DNA of 64,000 nucleotides from an uncultured Bacillota bacterium (lineage in GTDB: Bacteria; Bacillota_I; Bacilli_A; RF39; UBA660). The position numbers and the translations under genes were made by a program. The notes under the pieces were generated by a model, which made no database searches, was not told where the DNA came from, and saw nothing but the letters and a program-made list of their open reading frames with translations. The stretch covers positions 39,705 to 103,704 of the forward strand of contig CAMVLZ010000001.1 in NCBI GenBank assembly GCA_947168485.1, written 5' to 3'. How positions within the stretch are numbered: position 1 is the stretch's first letter; the number at the start of each line of letters is the position of its first letter. Of this stretch, positions 8,628 through 17,149 are shown piece by piece.

Positions 8628-8828
8628 TTAGTGTGTGTCTTTACTCTTTTTTTGTACCTTAATTCCTGTATATTCTTCGAATAGTTTAGGACTTATGTAG
8701 TACGAGTACTTACCACCATTGTTTTTAATTGCTTTTCCAAAAGGTAATAAGTTCCTTTGTAGTCCAATTCTTATGAATTGTTCTGACTTGTGCATTAATC
8801 GACTTGCTTCTTTTATTGTTAAGTTCAT
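8628..8828 (-). CDS. Excisionase/HTH_17-like DNA-binding protein
   Basis: LTIKEASRLMHKSEQFIRIGLQ...LPFGKAI...YYI pattern. Confidence 0.5.
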   Translation of the reverse strand: MNLTIKEASRLMHKSEQFIRIGLQRNLLPFGKAIKNNGGKYSYYISPKLFEEYTGIKVQKKSKDTH

Positions 8829-8864
8829 GTGTGATTTACTCCTTTCTACTCAATACGTGTGATA

Positions 8865-9047
8865 TTAAGTTAAAAAAATATTTAGATCGAATTCTTTAAA
8901 AATCTCTTTGAACTTTTTCATAGTTTCAACACTTGGTTTTCTTTCTTCATATTCGAGTTTTTCATACATTGACTTACTAATTCCAACTAACTTTGCCATT
9001 TGCTCTATTGTTAGTCCTTTTTTAAGTCGGAATTCTTTAAGTTTCAT
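8865..9047 (-). CDS. Cro-like XRE-family HTH regulator
   Basis: LKKGLTIEQMAKLVGISKSMYEKLE; it is divergent from the cI-like gene. Confidence 0.75.
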   Translation of the reverse strand: MKLKEFRLKKGLTIEQMAKLVGISKSMYEKLEYEERKPSVETMKKFKEIFKEFDLNIFLT

Positions 9048-9071
9048 TTTTCTATCTCCTCCTTACATTCT

Positions 9072-9158
9072 AATAATAACACACGTTTTGTGTGAAGTCA
9101 ACTAAAAAATTACTTTTTGAGTGATTTTACACTTTTGTACTCAAAGTGTGTTATTATT
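9072..9158. promoter_or_regulatory. Divergent cro/cI control region with nested inverted repeats that are candidate operators
   Basis: Outer inverted repeat AATAATAACACAC (9072-9084) pairs with GTGTGTTATTATT (9146-9158). Inner palindromes are CACACgttttGTGTG (9080-9094) and ACACTTTtgtactcAAAGTGT (9129-9149). Confidence 0.55.
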
Positions 9159-9559
9159 CAATTAAGAAAGTTGTTGATTTTATGTTTAATTATAACAAAT
9201 TTAAAAAATTAAGACTTAATAATAATATGCTTCAAAGCGACGTTGCAAAAAAAATAAACGTGTCTACTTCTGCTATTGGAATGTGGGAACAAGGAAGACG
9301 TCAACCTGATAATGAAATTGTAAAAAAAATAGCAAATATTTTTGGTGTGTCTACTGATTACTTGCTCGATAATGATGATTTAAGTAAAGAAGTTGATAAA
9401 ACTATTATTGATCCTGAACTTAATCAAACATTAAAAACTCTAGCAGAAAATGAATTTGATAGAACTTTATTCAAAAAATATGGAGAATTATCAGAAGAAA
9501 AGAAAAAGATAGTTATGTCAGTTATCAATTCTATAATAGATGACGTAGATAAAGAATAA
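9146..9559 (+). CDS. cI-like XRE-family repressor. The start is probably the ATG at 9182 (MFNYNKF), because the GTG at 9146 lies inside the operator.
   Basis: HTH LQSDVAKKINVSTSAIGMWEQGRRQP. Confidence 0.75.
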   Translation: MCYYSIKKVVDFMFNYNKFKKLRLNNNMLQSDVAKKINVSTSAIGMWEQGRRQPDNEIVKKIANIFGVSTDYLLDNDDLSKEVDKTIIDPELNQTLKTLAENEFDRTLFKKYGELSEEKKKIVMSVINSIIDDVDKE

Positions 9560-9861
9560 TGCTTTACTCTTTAATTAGTGGAGATATTAACCAGGAAGAC
9601 TATATAAGATATTATGATATTCAAATAATTGAACGTAAACTTCCTAAAAACGTACATGGACTTTGTTTTAATAAACATAATATTAATTTTATAGTGGTTA
9701 ATTCTTGTCTAGGAGAAAAGAATAAAAAAGAGACTTTATTACACGAGTTCGCTCATATTGAGTTGCACCATTTAGAAAAAGTCTTTTTTAATACAAAAAT
9801 AAAAGATATAGAAGATGAAGCTGACAATTATATAAAGGAGATACTATGGAATATAAAGTGA
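9559..9861 (+). CDS. ImmA/IrrE-family zinc metallopeptidase (anti-repressor protease)
   Basis: HEFAH (HExxH) motif, located directly downstream of the XRE repressor. Confidence 0.75.
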   Translation: MLYSLISGDINQEDYIRYYDIQIIERKLPKNVHGLCFNKHNINFIVVNSCLGEKNKKETLLHEFAHIELHHLEKVFFNTKIKDIEDEADNYIKEILWNIK

Positions 9862-10322
9862 TAATTGAAGGAATTCCTAACTCTGATAAACTTATGCAAC
9901 ATTTTGCGTTAGATAACAAAATTTTAGACACATATCTTTATTTACGTAGAGATCCTAGAGATAAGTTTGCTGCAATGACTTTAGTAGAACTATGTAATAA
10001 AGATATAGAACTCGCTCCATATCTTGATAAAGATAGACCTTTTCCAGCATTTCATTATTTAGCAGAATATTATTTATTTTATGCTAAAGACCAAGATCCA
10101 ATAAAAGCAATACAATTATGTTTAAAAGGTGCTAGTTATAAATTTGAAGATATAAGATATATATATGAACTAATACCAAAAATTCTTAACTACATTGATA
10201 AAGAATATCACGTTAAATTGAACTATATTGTGAAGAAAAATAAATTATATGATGAAGATACTGGAGAAGTAATAAGTAGAATAGAACATTATATTAAGGA
10301 GAAAAGCAATGAAACACGCTAA
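9846..10322 (+). CDS. Hypothetical protein, a moron-position gene between ImmA and the integrase
   Basis: ORF overlaps both neighbours. I recognise no family. Confidence 0.5.
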   Translation: MEYKVIIEGIPNSDKLMQHFALDNKILDTYLYLRRDPRDKFAAMTLVELCNKDIELAPYLDKDRPFPAFHYLAEYYLFYAKDQDPIKAIQLCLKGASYKFEDIRYIYELIPKILNYIDKEYHVKLNYIVKKNKLYDEDTGEVISRIEHYIKEKSNETR

Positions 10323-11304
10323 TGGTTATGGTTCAGTATCTAAAATGTCTGGTAATAGAAGAAAACCTTTTAGAGTTCAAATACATATAGGTTATAAAGA
10401 TAATGGTAATCCTATAAGACAAACAATAGGTTATACTGCTACACGTGAAGAAGGTAAAGAACTACTAGCTGAATATCATAATAAACAATTCAACCTAGAA
10501 CTAGATAATTTATGTTTTGATTTTTTATACCAGGAATGGTTCAAATATAAAGAAAAGCAAAATCTATCAGAAGCACGTTTAAAAAAATACCGTTCTTATA
10601 GAAAACATTATAAGATTATTGAGAATAAACCTTTTAATTCTATTACTAAAAACGACTTGCAATTAATAGTAGATCGTTCTAATTGTTCTGGTAAAACTCA
10701 AAGAGAAATAATTAACGTGTACCACCAACTATATGAATTTGCTAAATACAACAATGTAAAGGTATTAAATGACGTTTCTAAATTCGTTGTTTATGATAAA
10801 TTAGTTCCTTCTACTTTGCATAAACCTTTTACTGATGATGAAATAAAACTAATTTGGAAACACGTTGACAATGACATTGCTAAATTAATCCTTATTAATA
10901 TATATACTGGAATACGTCCTGGAGAATTCTTTAAGATAACTGAAGTTCATGACGATTATTTCATAACAGGTTCTAAAACTGAAGCTGGTAAGAATAGAAT
11001 TATTCCACTTCATAGAAGTATCAAACAAATATTCGCATATTGCTATCAAAAAGGTGTCATACGTGAATGTTTTAATCAAGATAGTCTATATATACGTGAA
11101 AAGAGGTTTTTTACTAATTTGGGCATAAATCATACTCCTTATGACTGTCGACATACTTTTGCTACTTTATGTTCTAGGTATGATTTAGATAAACATATTG
11201 TTAAGTTGATTATGGGACACCACATAAGCGATTTAACGGAACGAGTTTACACTCATAAACTGATAGATGAACTTATAGAAGAAGTTAATAAAATATGTGT
11301 ATAA
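10309..11304 (+). CDS. int: Tyrosine recombinase / phage integrase
   Basis: C-terminal RHTFATLCSRYDLDKHIVKLIMGHH...YTH catalytic signature. Confidence 0.85.
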   Translation: MKHANGYGSVSKMSGNRRKPFRVQIHIGYKDNGNPIRQTIGYTATREEGKELLAEYHNKQFNLELDNLCFDFLYQEWFKYKEKQNLSEARLKKYRSYRKHYKIIENKPFNSITKNDLQLIVDRSNCSGKTQREIINVYHQLYEFAKYNNVKVLNDVSKFVVYDKLVPSTLHKPFTDDEIKLIWKHVDNDIAKLILINIYTGIRPGEFFKITEVHDDYFITGSKTEAGKNRIIPLHRSIKQIFAYCYQKGVIRECFNQDSLYIREKRFFTNLGINHTPYDCRHTFATLCSRYDLDKHIVKLIMGHHISDLTERVYTHKLIDELIEEVNKICV

Positions 11305-11309
11305 AATTG

Positions 11310-11558
11310 TCAAAAAAAGAGATATAAAAACACACGTGTATCACAAATTGCTCTTATATTTTTATATATCAACATACACTTTTTACCCTCATCCGCTCCA
11401 TATGTAAAAATCGTCGCACCAAGCGATGTTGAGATAAAGCTTAATCCGAAAGAATTAAGTTTTTTTGTGTTTAAAAAAGATGGAAATAAGAAAACTATTA
11501 TTGATCCTGCTACTGCTCCTATTGTTAAAAGACATAGATAATCCAGAAAATATATCAA
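11310..11558 (-). CDS. Small hydrophobic ORF at the prophage/chromosome junction. It may be a remnant of the gene interrupted by integration.
   Basis: ORF with a TM segment. Its position is immediately outside the integrase. Confidence 0.25.
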   Translation of the reverse strand: MIYFLDYLCLLTIGAVAGSIIVFLFPSFLNTKKLNSFGLSFISTSLGATIFTYGADEGKKCMLIYKNIRAICDTRVFLYLFF

Positions 11559-11875
11559 ATAAGTTTAAATTAGGTATAATTACATCTACGATTAAGACAA
11601 TATAAAGTTGGCATAATTTCGACCATAAAAAGTTCCTTATTTATAAGGGTTTAGTATGTTTTTACGACCAAGTTTTTTGTTTAATTTTGCAAGTGCAAAA
11701 TTAGTTTGTCCCTATGAATAACCTAGTATTTATCTAGGTTTGAATAGTTTAAGGGGACAATCTTTTATACTCTTGCTTTTTTGTTATACAAAAAAATAGA
11801 AATTATGGTCTAAATACAACCAAAAACAATCAAATAAAAGACCATTGAAAAAATCAATGGCCTATAATCCCATAA

Positions 11876-12163
11876 TTAATTATTTACTTCATTTAAAATA
11901 TTATTTATCTCATTTTCAAAAAATTGATTATTATCTTTGTTAATATAATTAATATAAATGTAAGTAATTAAGTTTCTAGTTATATCATTATTTATTTGAT
12001 TAAATAAAGGAATATCCTTATTAAAAGAAAATTTGTAATTACTATCATAATTAGATTCTATAATTTTTTTAAATTCATTTGGAAGTTTATTATATAAACT
12101 CAATTCATTTAAAATAATAAAAGTTTCAGTAAAAGCTTCTCTAATTTTTATCTCATTTTCCAT
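11876..12163 (-). CDS. Small hypothetical protein (95 aa) downstream partner of the transglutaminase-like gene
   Basis: ORF 19 nt downstream of the 564-aa gene on the same strand. Confidence 0.45.
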   Translation of the reverse strand: MENEIKIREAFTETFIILNELSLYNKLPNEFKKIIESNYDSNYKFSFNKDIPLFNQINNDITRNLITYIYINYINKDNNQFFENEINNILNEVNN

Positions 12164-12182
12164 TGCTTTTCCTCCATACTCG

Positions 12183-13877
12183 TTACTTCATCAACAGCAT
12201 CACTTGGTGATAAATCTCTTGCTCCAGGATAGAATATAAAATTCTTTTTTCAACAACATTTCCATTTTCATCAGTTATTTCATTGTCAACACCTTGGGCA
12301 GCCCAACCAGCCCTTTCTTTAAATGCAGAAGATTTTATATATTCTTCCAACTCATGAATGAGTTGAATAAGTTTTATATATTCTAACATTCCAACTTTGC
12401 CTTTTACTTGCTTTATATATTCAATATTTTTCATGGCAAAATCGGCAAGATAACCTTCACTAATCATTTCGTCAATATTTTCTTTTGCAGCACTACCAAA
12501 TAATTGTATTTGTTCTTCATAAGAACAAGAATGAACAAATAACTCTTCATTTAAAGAACGTTGAACTTCTCCGTTTTGAGTCACTATTGTTACATTATCA
12601 CTTGAAAATCCTTCATCTTTATGACTTTCGTAAAACTCTTCATAGGATTTCAAAAAATGTCGTCCTAATTTATCTAATTTCATGAGGTCAGCATCCCATG
12701 TTAAATCACATAAGTATGCTTTACCATCTAAATATACTGCATTATATCCATGTCCCATCGGATCAGATGTACCATTTTCGTACTTTCTTGGACCAGAAAC
12801 AATAAATACACCTGGTTCTTCTATTTCTTTTGATGAAGAAGATATATAATCACATTTTATATTAAAGCATGCACATACATTTTGCAATATAGTGGCATAT
12901 CCGGCACACACAGTTAATAATTCTATTTTACCATTACGACTAACTCCTAATAATCCATTTTTTAGATTACGGCAATTACAAGATAATTCCTTATCCTTTT
13001 TTCCTTCATCACTTATAGCATAATGATCATATCTAATATTTTTACCTAATATTTTATATATTTGGGCAAATATCAATTTATCTCTATTTGGGTCATCCGC
13101 TTTTGGTAATTTAATCATTCGCATTATATTATCGATAACCTTTCTGATATTTTCATATTCTTCAATAGAATAGTATTGTGCATTTTTATCCTTATCATAA
13201 CCACATTTTATATGGATACCTTTTATATGATTATCATTTTTAATACTTTCTAATTTGTTTAAATCCAAATCGTTTACATTCCCAATAGATATATATAAAT
13301 CTTTATAATTAGTTAAATAACTTTTATATTTTTCATAATTTTCCAATGAAATTCTACCAAAACGCAATTCTTTATATAAAGCAGTTAGTTCCTCATTACC
13401 ATGAGAATCAAATCTTAATTTTTTTCTTAATTCTTCTTTACCAAATATATATGTAAAGCCACTTACAGGATCGTTAATTTTATCCAAGCTAACAATTGCT
13501 TCATTATCTGACGATAACATTTTGTTATATAAAGATAAATAATCGTAATTAAAACCTGAAATAACAACTCGATTAATACCATAGTTAACTAGTACATCTA
13601 ACAAATTATTTACATTTAATTTCTTAGAATCTGAACTTAAGGAAAATACTCTTACAAATTCAAGATTAGGGCATTTATCAATTAAAATACATAATTGACT
13701 AATAGTATTTTTAATACTATCTAAACTATCTTTTGAATTAAAACTGATATTTATTTTTTTTATTGCTGTTAATTTATTTAGTACATCTTGATTGCTTAAA
13801 TCTAACTCATCATATTCTGTCAACTCATCATTTTCCATCCATAGTTGATTAAGCAATTTATAATCATTAATAATCAT
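12183..13877 (-). CDS. Cytoplasmic transglutaminase-like (papain-fold Cys-His-Asp) superfamily protein with an LRR-like N-terminal region
   Basis: IFAQIYKILGKNIRYD...VCAGYATIL (Cys), GHGYNAVYLDG (His) and CDLTWD (Asp) match the TGase-core order. There is no signal peptide. Confidence 0.6.
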   Translation of the reverse strand: MIINDYKLLNQLWMENDELTEYDELDLSNQDVLNKLTAIKKINISFNSKDSLDSIKNTISQLCILIDKCPNLEFVRVFSLSSDSKKLNVNNLLDVLVNYGINRVVISGFNYDYLSLYNKMLSSDNEAIVSLDKINDPVSGFTYIFGKEELRKKLRFDSHGNEELTALYKELRFGRISLENYEKYKSYLTNYKDLYISIGNVNDLDLNKLESIKNDNHIKGIHIKCGYDKDKNAQYYSIEEYENIRKVIDNIMRMIKLPKADDPNRDKLIFAQIYKILGKNIRYDHYAISDEGKKDKELSCNCRNLKNGLLGVSRNGKIELLTVCAGYATILQNVCACFNIKCDYISSSSKEIEEPGVFIVSGPRKYENGTSDPMGHGYNAVYLDGKAYLCDLTWDADLMKLDKLGRHFLKSYEEFYESHKDEGFSSDNVTIVTQNGEVQRSLNEELFVHSCSYEEQIQLFGSAAKENIDEMISEGYLADFAMKNIEYIKQVKGKVGMLEYIKLIQLIHELEEYIKSSAFKERAGWAAQGVDNEITDENGNVVEKRILYSILEQEIYHQVMLLMK

Positions 13878-14237
13878 ATTAAAACATCCTTCCTAGTTTA
13901 AGTGCCACATATATTACCTTACATATATAATTATAACATGAAATAAGATATTTTTTTTAAATTTAATGAGTTTCTTTAAATCCCACTATTGTGGGATTAT
14001 GTATTGTTAATTTCCTTATTTTATAAGGATTTTTATTGGGACTAAGTGTAGGATTAAATTCTTATCAAATAAAAACTATAAAAATTAATATCCCACTCAT
14101 TATTTTATCAAAATACATTTTCAAGTTATTTACTCTTTTCCTATAATATGATATATTTAGTATGTAATTGAGTTTTATCTAGTTACATTTGTAGTAAAAT
14201 GTTTCTCAAACGAGATACACAATTGCTCCATTTGAAT

Positions 14238-14285
14238 TTAACTAGTCATTTGACTAGTTTTTTTATTGTTTTATATATATTTGAT
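14238..14285. repeat. Copy A of a hairpin-containing repeat. ACTAGTCAtttGACTAGT is at 14241-14258 and is followed by a T-run and a TATAT-rich segment.
   Basis: Perfect 8-bp inverted repeat plus T7. It is about 80% identical over roughly 45 nt to copy B. Confidence 0.8.
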
Positions 14286-14330
14286 TGTTATAATTATATA
14301 AGAGTAAAATAGTATTAGCGGTGATATAGA

Positions 14331-15365
14331 GTGAAACATAATTCAAATATTTTAGGAATACTATATTTTTTTATTCATTTTATAATTGAGGTTACCTCTT
14401 TCTATATTGTTTGTACTTATACAGATAACAATCTTGTATGGATGCTTGCACTGATGTATGATTTTTTTGCTTTTGTACCTCAAGGAATATTTGGATACTT
14501 AAAAGATAAAGGAATTAAGATTAATTTTGCTATTACTGGATTGATTTTATCTACTTTATCTTTGTTATTCTTGTATTTTAATTTAAATGCATTATTAGTC
14601 ATATTATTTCTATCTATAGGTAATTGTATGATACATATTCAAGGAGCAGAAACAACACTGAGATCATCTAAAGGTAAAATGGCTCCAAGTGCAATTTTTG
14701 TGGCTGGTGGTTCTTTTGGAGTTATTACTGGAAAATTACTCGCAATGTATAAAGTTCCTATTCCATTTATAATTATAATTAATCTATTGATGTTAATTCC
14801 AATAACTATTTGTAATAAATATAATCATCTACTTGATGATAAAAATTTAGAAAAATATAACTTTTCTAATAAAAATATTAATTTTAAAATTATTATTACA
14901 TTATCTGTACTTGTGGTTATTGTTAGAGCTTATATGGGATATGGAATACCTACAACATGGAATAAAACACTGATTCAAACAATTTTATTGTATTGTTCTA
15001 TGGGAATAGGTAAAGCACTTGGTGGTATACTTATTGACTCAATAGGAATAAGAAGAACTGCTTTATTAAGTACAATTGGAGCATTGCCATTTCTACTATT
15101 TGGTAATAATCTTATGACAATTTCATTAATTGGAATAATGATGTTTAGTATGACTATGGCTGTAACTTTAGGGTTAATTGTTTCAGAATTAAAAAAATAC
15201 CCTGGAGTTGCATTTGGTTTTACTACTTTAGGATTATTCTTAGGTACTCTACCAGTATTTGTTTTTAGAATAAATTCAATATTGATAAACTGTTTAATCG
15301 TTACTATCTTGACATTTACAAGTATAATAGTTTTAAGTGTAATATGTAGAAAGGAGAAATTATAA
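14331..15365 (+). CDS. Polytopic membrane protein (about 10 TM, transporter-like, family unassigned)
   Basis: Hydrophobicity pattern, with two halves separated by a hydrophilic linker. Confidence 0.5.
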   Translation: MKHNSNILGILYFFIHFIIEVTSFYIVCTYTDNNLVWMLALMYDFFAFVPQGIFGYLKDKGIKINFAITGLILSTLSLLFLYFNLNALLVILFLSIGNCMIHIQGAETTLRSSKGKMAPSAIFVAGGSFGVITGKLLAMYKVPIPFIIIINLLMLIPITICNKYNHLLDDKNLEKYNFSNKNINFKIIITLSVLVVIVRAYMGYGIPTTWNKTLIQTILLYCSMGIGKALGGILIDSIGIRRTALLSTIGALPFLLFGNNLMTISLIGIMMFSMTMAVTLGLIVSELKKYPGVAFGFTTLGLFLGTLPVFVFRINSILINCLIVTILTFTSIIVLSVICRKEKL

Positions 15366-15366
15366 T

Positions 15367-15669
15367 ATGAATATATCAAATATTTTTCAAATTTTAGATG
15401 TGTGGACACCATCACCAGCTGAAGATGTTTTCTTATTATTAATAGGATTAATTATTTATGCAGCACCAGTTATACTAATTGTAGTTGTAATTTTTGCAAT
15501 AAGTAAGTCTAAAAAGAATAATAAAACTGCCCAAAACAATAATCTAAATCAATCAACTGAAGTTGTTAATCAACAGAATGATAATATCAATCAACCAACT
15601 GAAGTTATTAATCAACAAAATGATAATACTAATCAACAAAATAATAATACAAATGACAGCAATAACTAA
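15367..15669 (+). CDS. Small membrane-anchored protein with an N/Q-rich tandem-repeat tail
   Basis: One TM, followed by STEVVNQQNDNINQPTEVINQQNDNTNQQNNNTN. Confidence 0.45.
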   Translation: MNISNIFQILDVWTPSPAEDVFLLLIGLIIYAAPVILIVVVIFAISKSKKNNKTAQNNNLNQSTEVVNQQNDNINQPTEVINQQNDNTNQQNNNTNDSNN

Positions 15670-16009
15670 TATTCTATTTTTAATGTTACGTAATTTGTTA
15701 TTGACTATTATTATTGAATTAGCAATAGCAATATTACTAGGAATTAGAGAAAAAAAAGATATTTTAAATATAATTGTTATTAATTGTATTACAAATCCTA
15801 TATTAAATTATATTATGATGGTTGTTTTGTATTTAACATCTAATAATTTAATAATATATTCTCTTCTTTTTCTTTTTGAAATAATTGTTATAATTATAGA
15901 ATATTTATTCTATAGAAAAAAATTACTTTTTAAAAATATAAACTTATTGTTGCTAAGTATTATATTGAATATATCTTCTGTTATAGTTGGTTTTATTATT
16001 CTATTATAG
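15654..16009 (+). CDS. Small polytopic membrane protein of about 118 aa. The start has been reassigned to MTAITN, overlapping the previous stop.
   Basis: An ATG at 15654 removes the 100-nt overlap predicted from the first M. There are 3-4 TM helices. Confidence 0.4.
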
Positions 16010-16030
16010 TTGTTTTAACTTAATATATAT

Positions 16031-16075
16031 TTTACTAGTCATTTGACTAGTTTTTTTGTTATATATTTTGAATTA
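16031..16075. repeat. Copy B of the hairpin-containing repeat (ACTAGTCAtttGACTAGT at 16034-16051 plus a T-run)
   Basis: The 25-nt core is identical to copy A. Confidence 0.8.
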
Positions 16076-16133
16076 GATAAATCATTGAAAAGAATATAAT
16101 AAAGTAATATACTTATAATATGGGAGGAAGGAT

Positions 16134-16478
16134 ATGGAAAATAATATTAAAGATGGGCAAAAGAAATTAATTCAAGACTTTAATGCTTTAGGATGGTTAC
16201 AAATTATTTTTGTTGTATTATTAGTATTAGTAGCAATTTTTGCTAAAGATAGCGTAGTACTAGCTACAACAGTATTATTTATAGTTGTTAAATTATTAGT
16301 AGCATTCTTAATGTTTAAAGGAAAGAAATATGCTTTAGAAGGAAACAAAACTGCTCATACCTATGGTGTTATTACTGGAATACTATTAATTCTATGTTTT
16401 GATGTACTTGATATTATCTTAGGAATATTAATATTAGTTGATTCTAGTAGTTATAACAAAGCTATATCTGAGAAATAA
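16134..16478 (+). CDS. Small membrane protein (two TM pairs)
   Basis: ORF with GGAGG RBS. Confidence 0.5.
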   Translation: MENNIKDGQKKLIQDFNALGWLQIIFVVLLVLVAIFAKDSVVLATTVLFIVVKLLVAFLMFKGKKYALEGNKTAHTYGVITGILLILCFDVLDIILGILILVDSSSYNKAISEK

Positions 16479-16480
16479 AA

Positions 16481-16508
16481 AAGATAGGAATTGTTCCTAT
16501 CTTTTTTT
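16481..16508. terminator. Bidirectional rho-independent terminator (GATAGGAAttgTTCCTATC followed by T7)
   Basis: Hairpin flanked by an A-run and a T-run, between convergent genes. Confidence 0.7.
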
Positions 16509-17145
16509 ATTTACTGTAATCTCTTTCTCCAAATATTAATGTTCCTACTCTAATGTAATTTGATCCTTCTTCTAAAGCTATTTTATAATCATTACTCATT
16601 CCCATTGATAATAATTGTAAATTATATGTTTCTTTTAATTTTTTCATTTCTTTAAAATATATTCTTGTATCTTCATTATTTTCTTTATATGGAGCTACAC
16701 ACATTAGACCTAATACATTTAAATTAGTTAATTCTTTTATTTCTTTTAAGAAAGATTCTAAATCTACTGGGTTTAATCCAAATTTAGATTCTTCATTTCC
16801 TATATTTATTTCTATTAAGATATTTACTTTAATATCTTTTTTTATAGCTTGTTTATTTATTTCTTTAGCTAGTTTAATACTATCTACTGAGTGAATCATA
16901 TAAACTTTATCAATAATATCTTTTACTTTGTTTGTTTGTAAATGACCTATCATATGCCATTTTATATCTTTTGGTAATACATCTATTTTTGATAGTAATT
17001 CTTGTACTTTGTTTTCTCCAAAGTCTCTTATTCCTAAGTCATATACTTTTTGTATTTCTTCTATAGGTTTTGTTTTACTAACTGCGATTAATGTAGCTCC
17101 TACTCTACTACATTCTTCTTGTATTAATAATACTTCATCTTTCAA
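16507..17145 (-). CDS. YggS/YlmE-family PLP homeostasis protein
   Basis: The sequence RDFGENKVQELLSKI...WHMIGHLQTNKVK is typical of YggS. Confidence 0.75.
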   Translation of the reverse strand: MKDEVLLIQEECSRVGATLIAVSKTKPIEEIQKVYDLGIRDFGENKVQELLSKIDVLPKDIKWHMIGHLQTNKVKDIIDKVYMIHSVDSIKLAKEINKQAIKKDIKVNILIEINIGNEESKFGLNPVDLESFLKEIKELTNLNVLGLMCVAPYKENNEDTRIYFKEMKKLKETYNLQLLSMGMSNDYKIALEEGSNYIRVGTLIFGERDYSK

Positions 17146-17149
17146 TATA

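Larger units (their letters stand above)
1..11304 (+). mobile_element. Partial prophage (right arm). It carries early/replication/recombination genes on the minus strand, a divergent Cro/cI-ImmA switch and an integrase at the right end. It continues beyond the left edge of the window.
   Basis: Integrase at the edge, the Cro/cI/ImmA trio, Sak/Rad52, HNH endonucleases, a replisome organizer with iterons, and tight overlapping small ORFs typical of phage. Confidence 0.8.

Noticed and set aside
11560-11880. tRNA or tmRNA as the integration target next to the integrase
   Set aside because: I found no cloverleaf or T-loop/acceptor-like GTTCGAATC...CCA features on either strand, and only hairpins. 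I left it as unresolved rather than calling an RNA gene.
12183-12260. Apparent irregularity in the printed sequence near 12241, which could be a frameshift in the transglutaminase-like gene
   Set aside because: Translation runs through it in one frame to the stop at 12183, so there is no frameshift.
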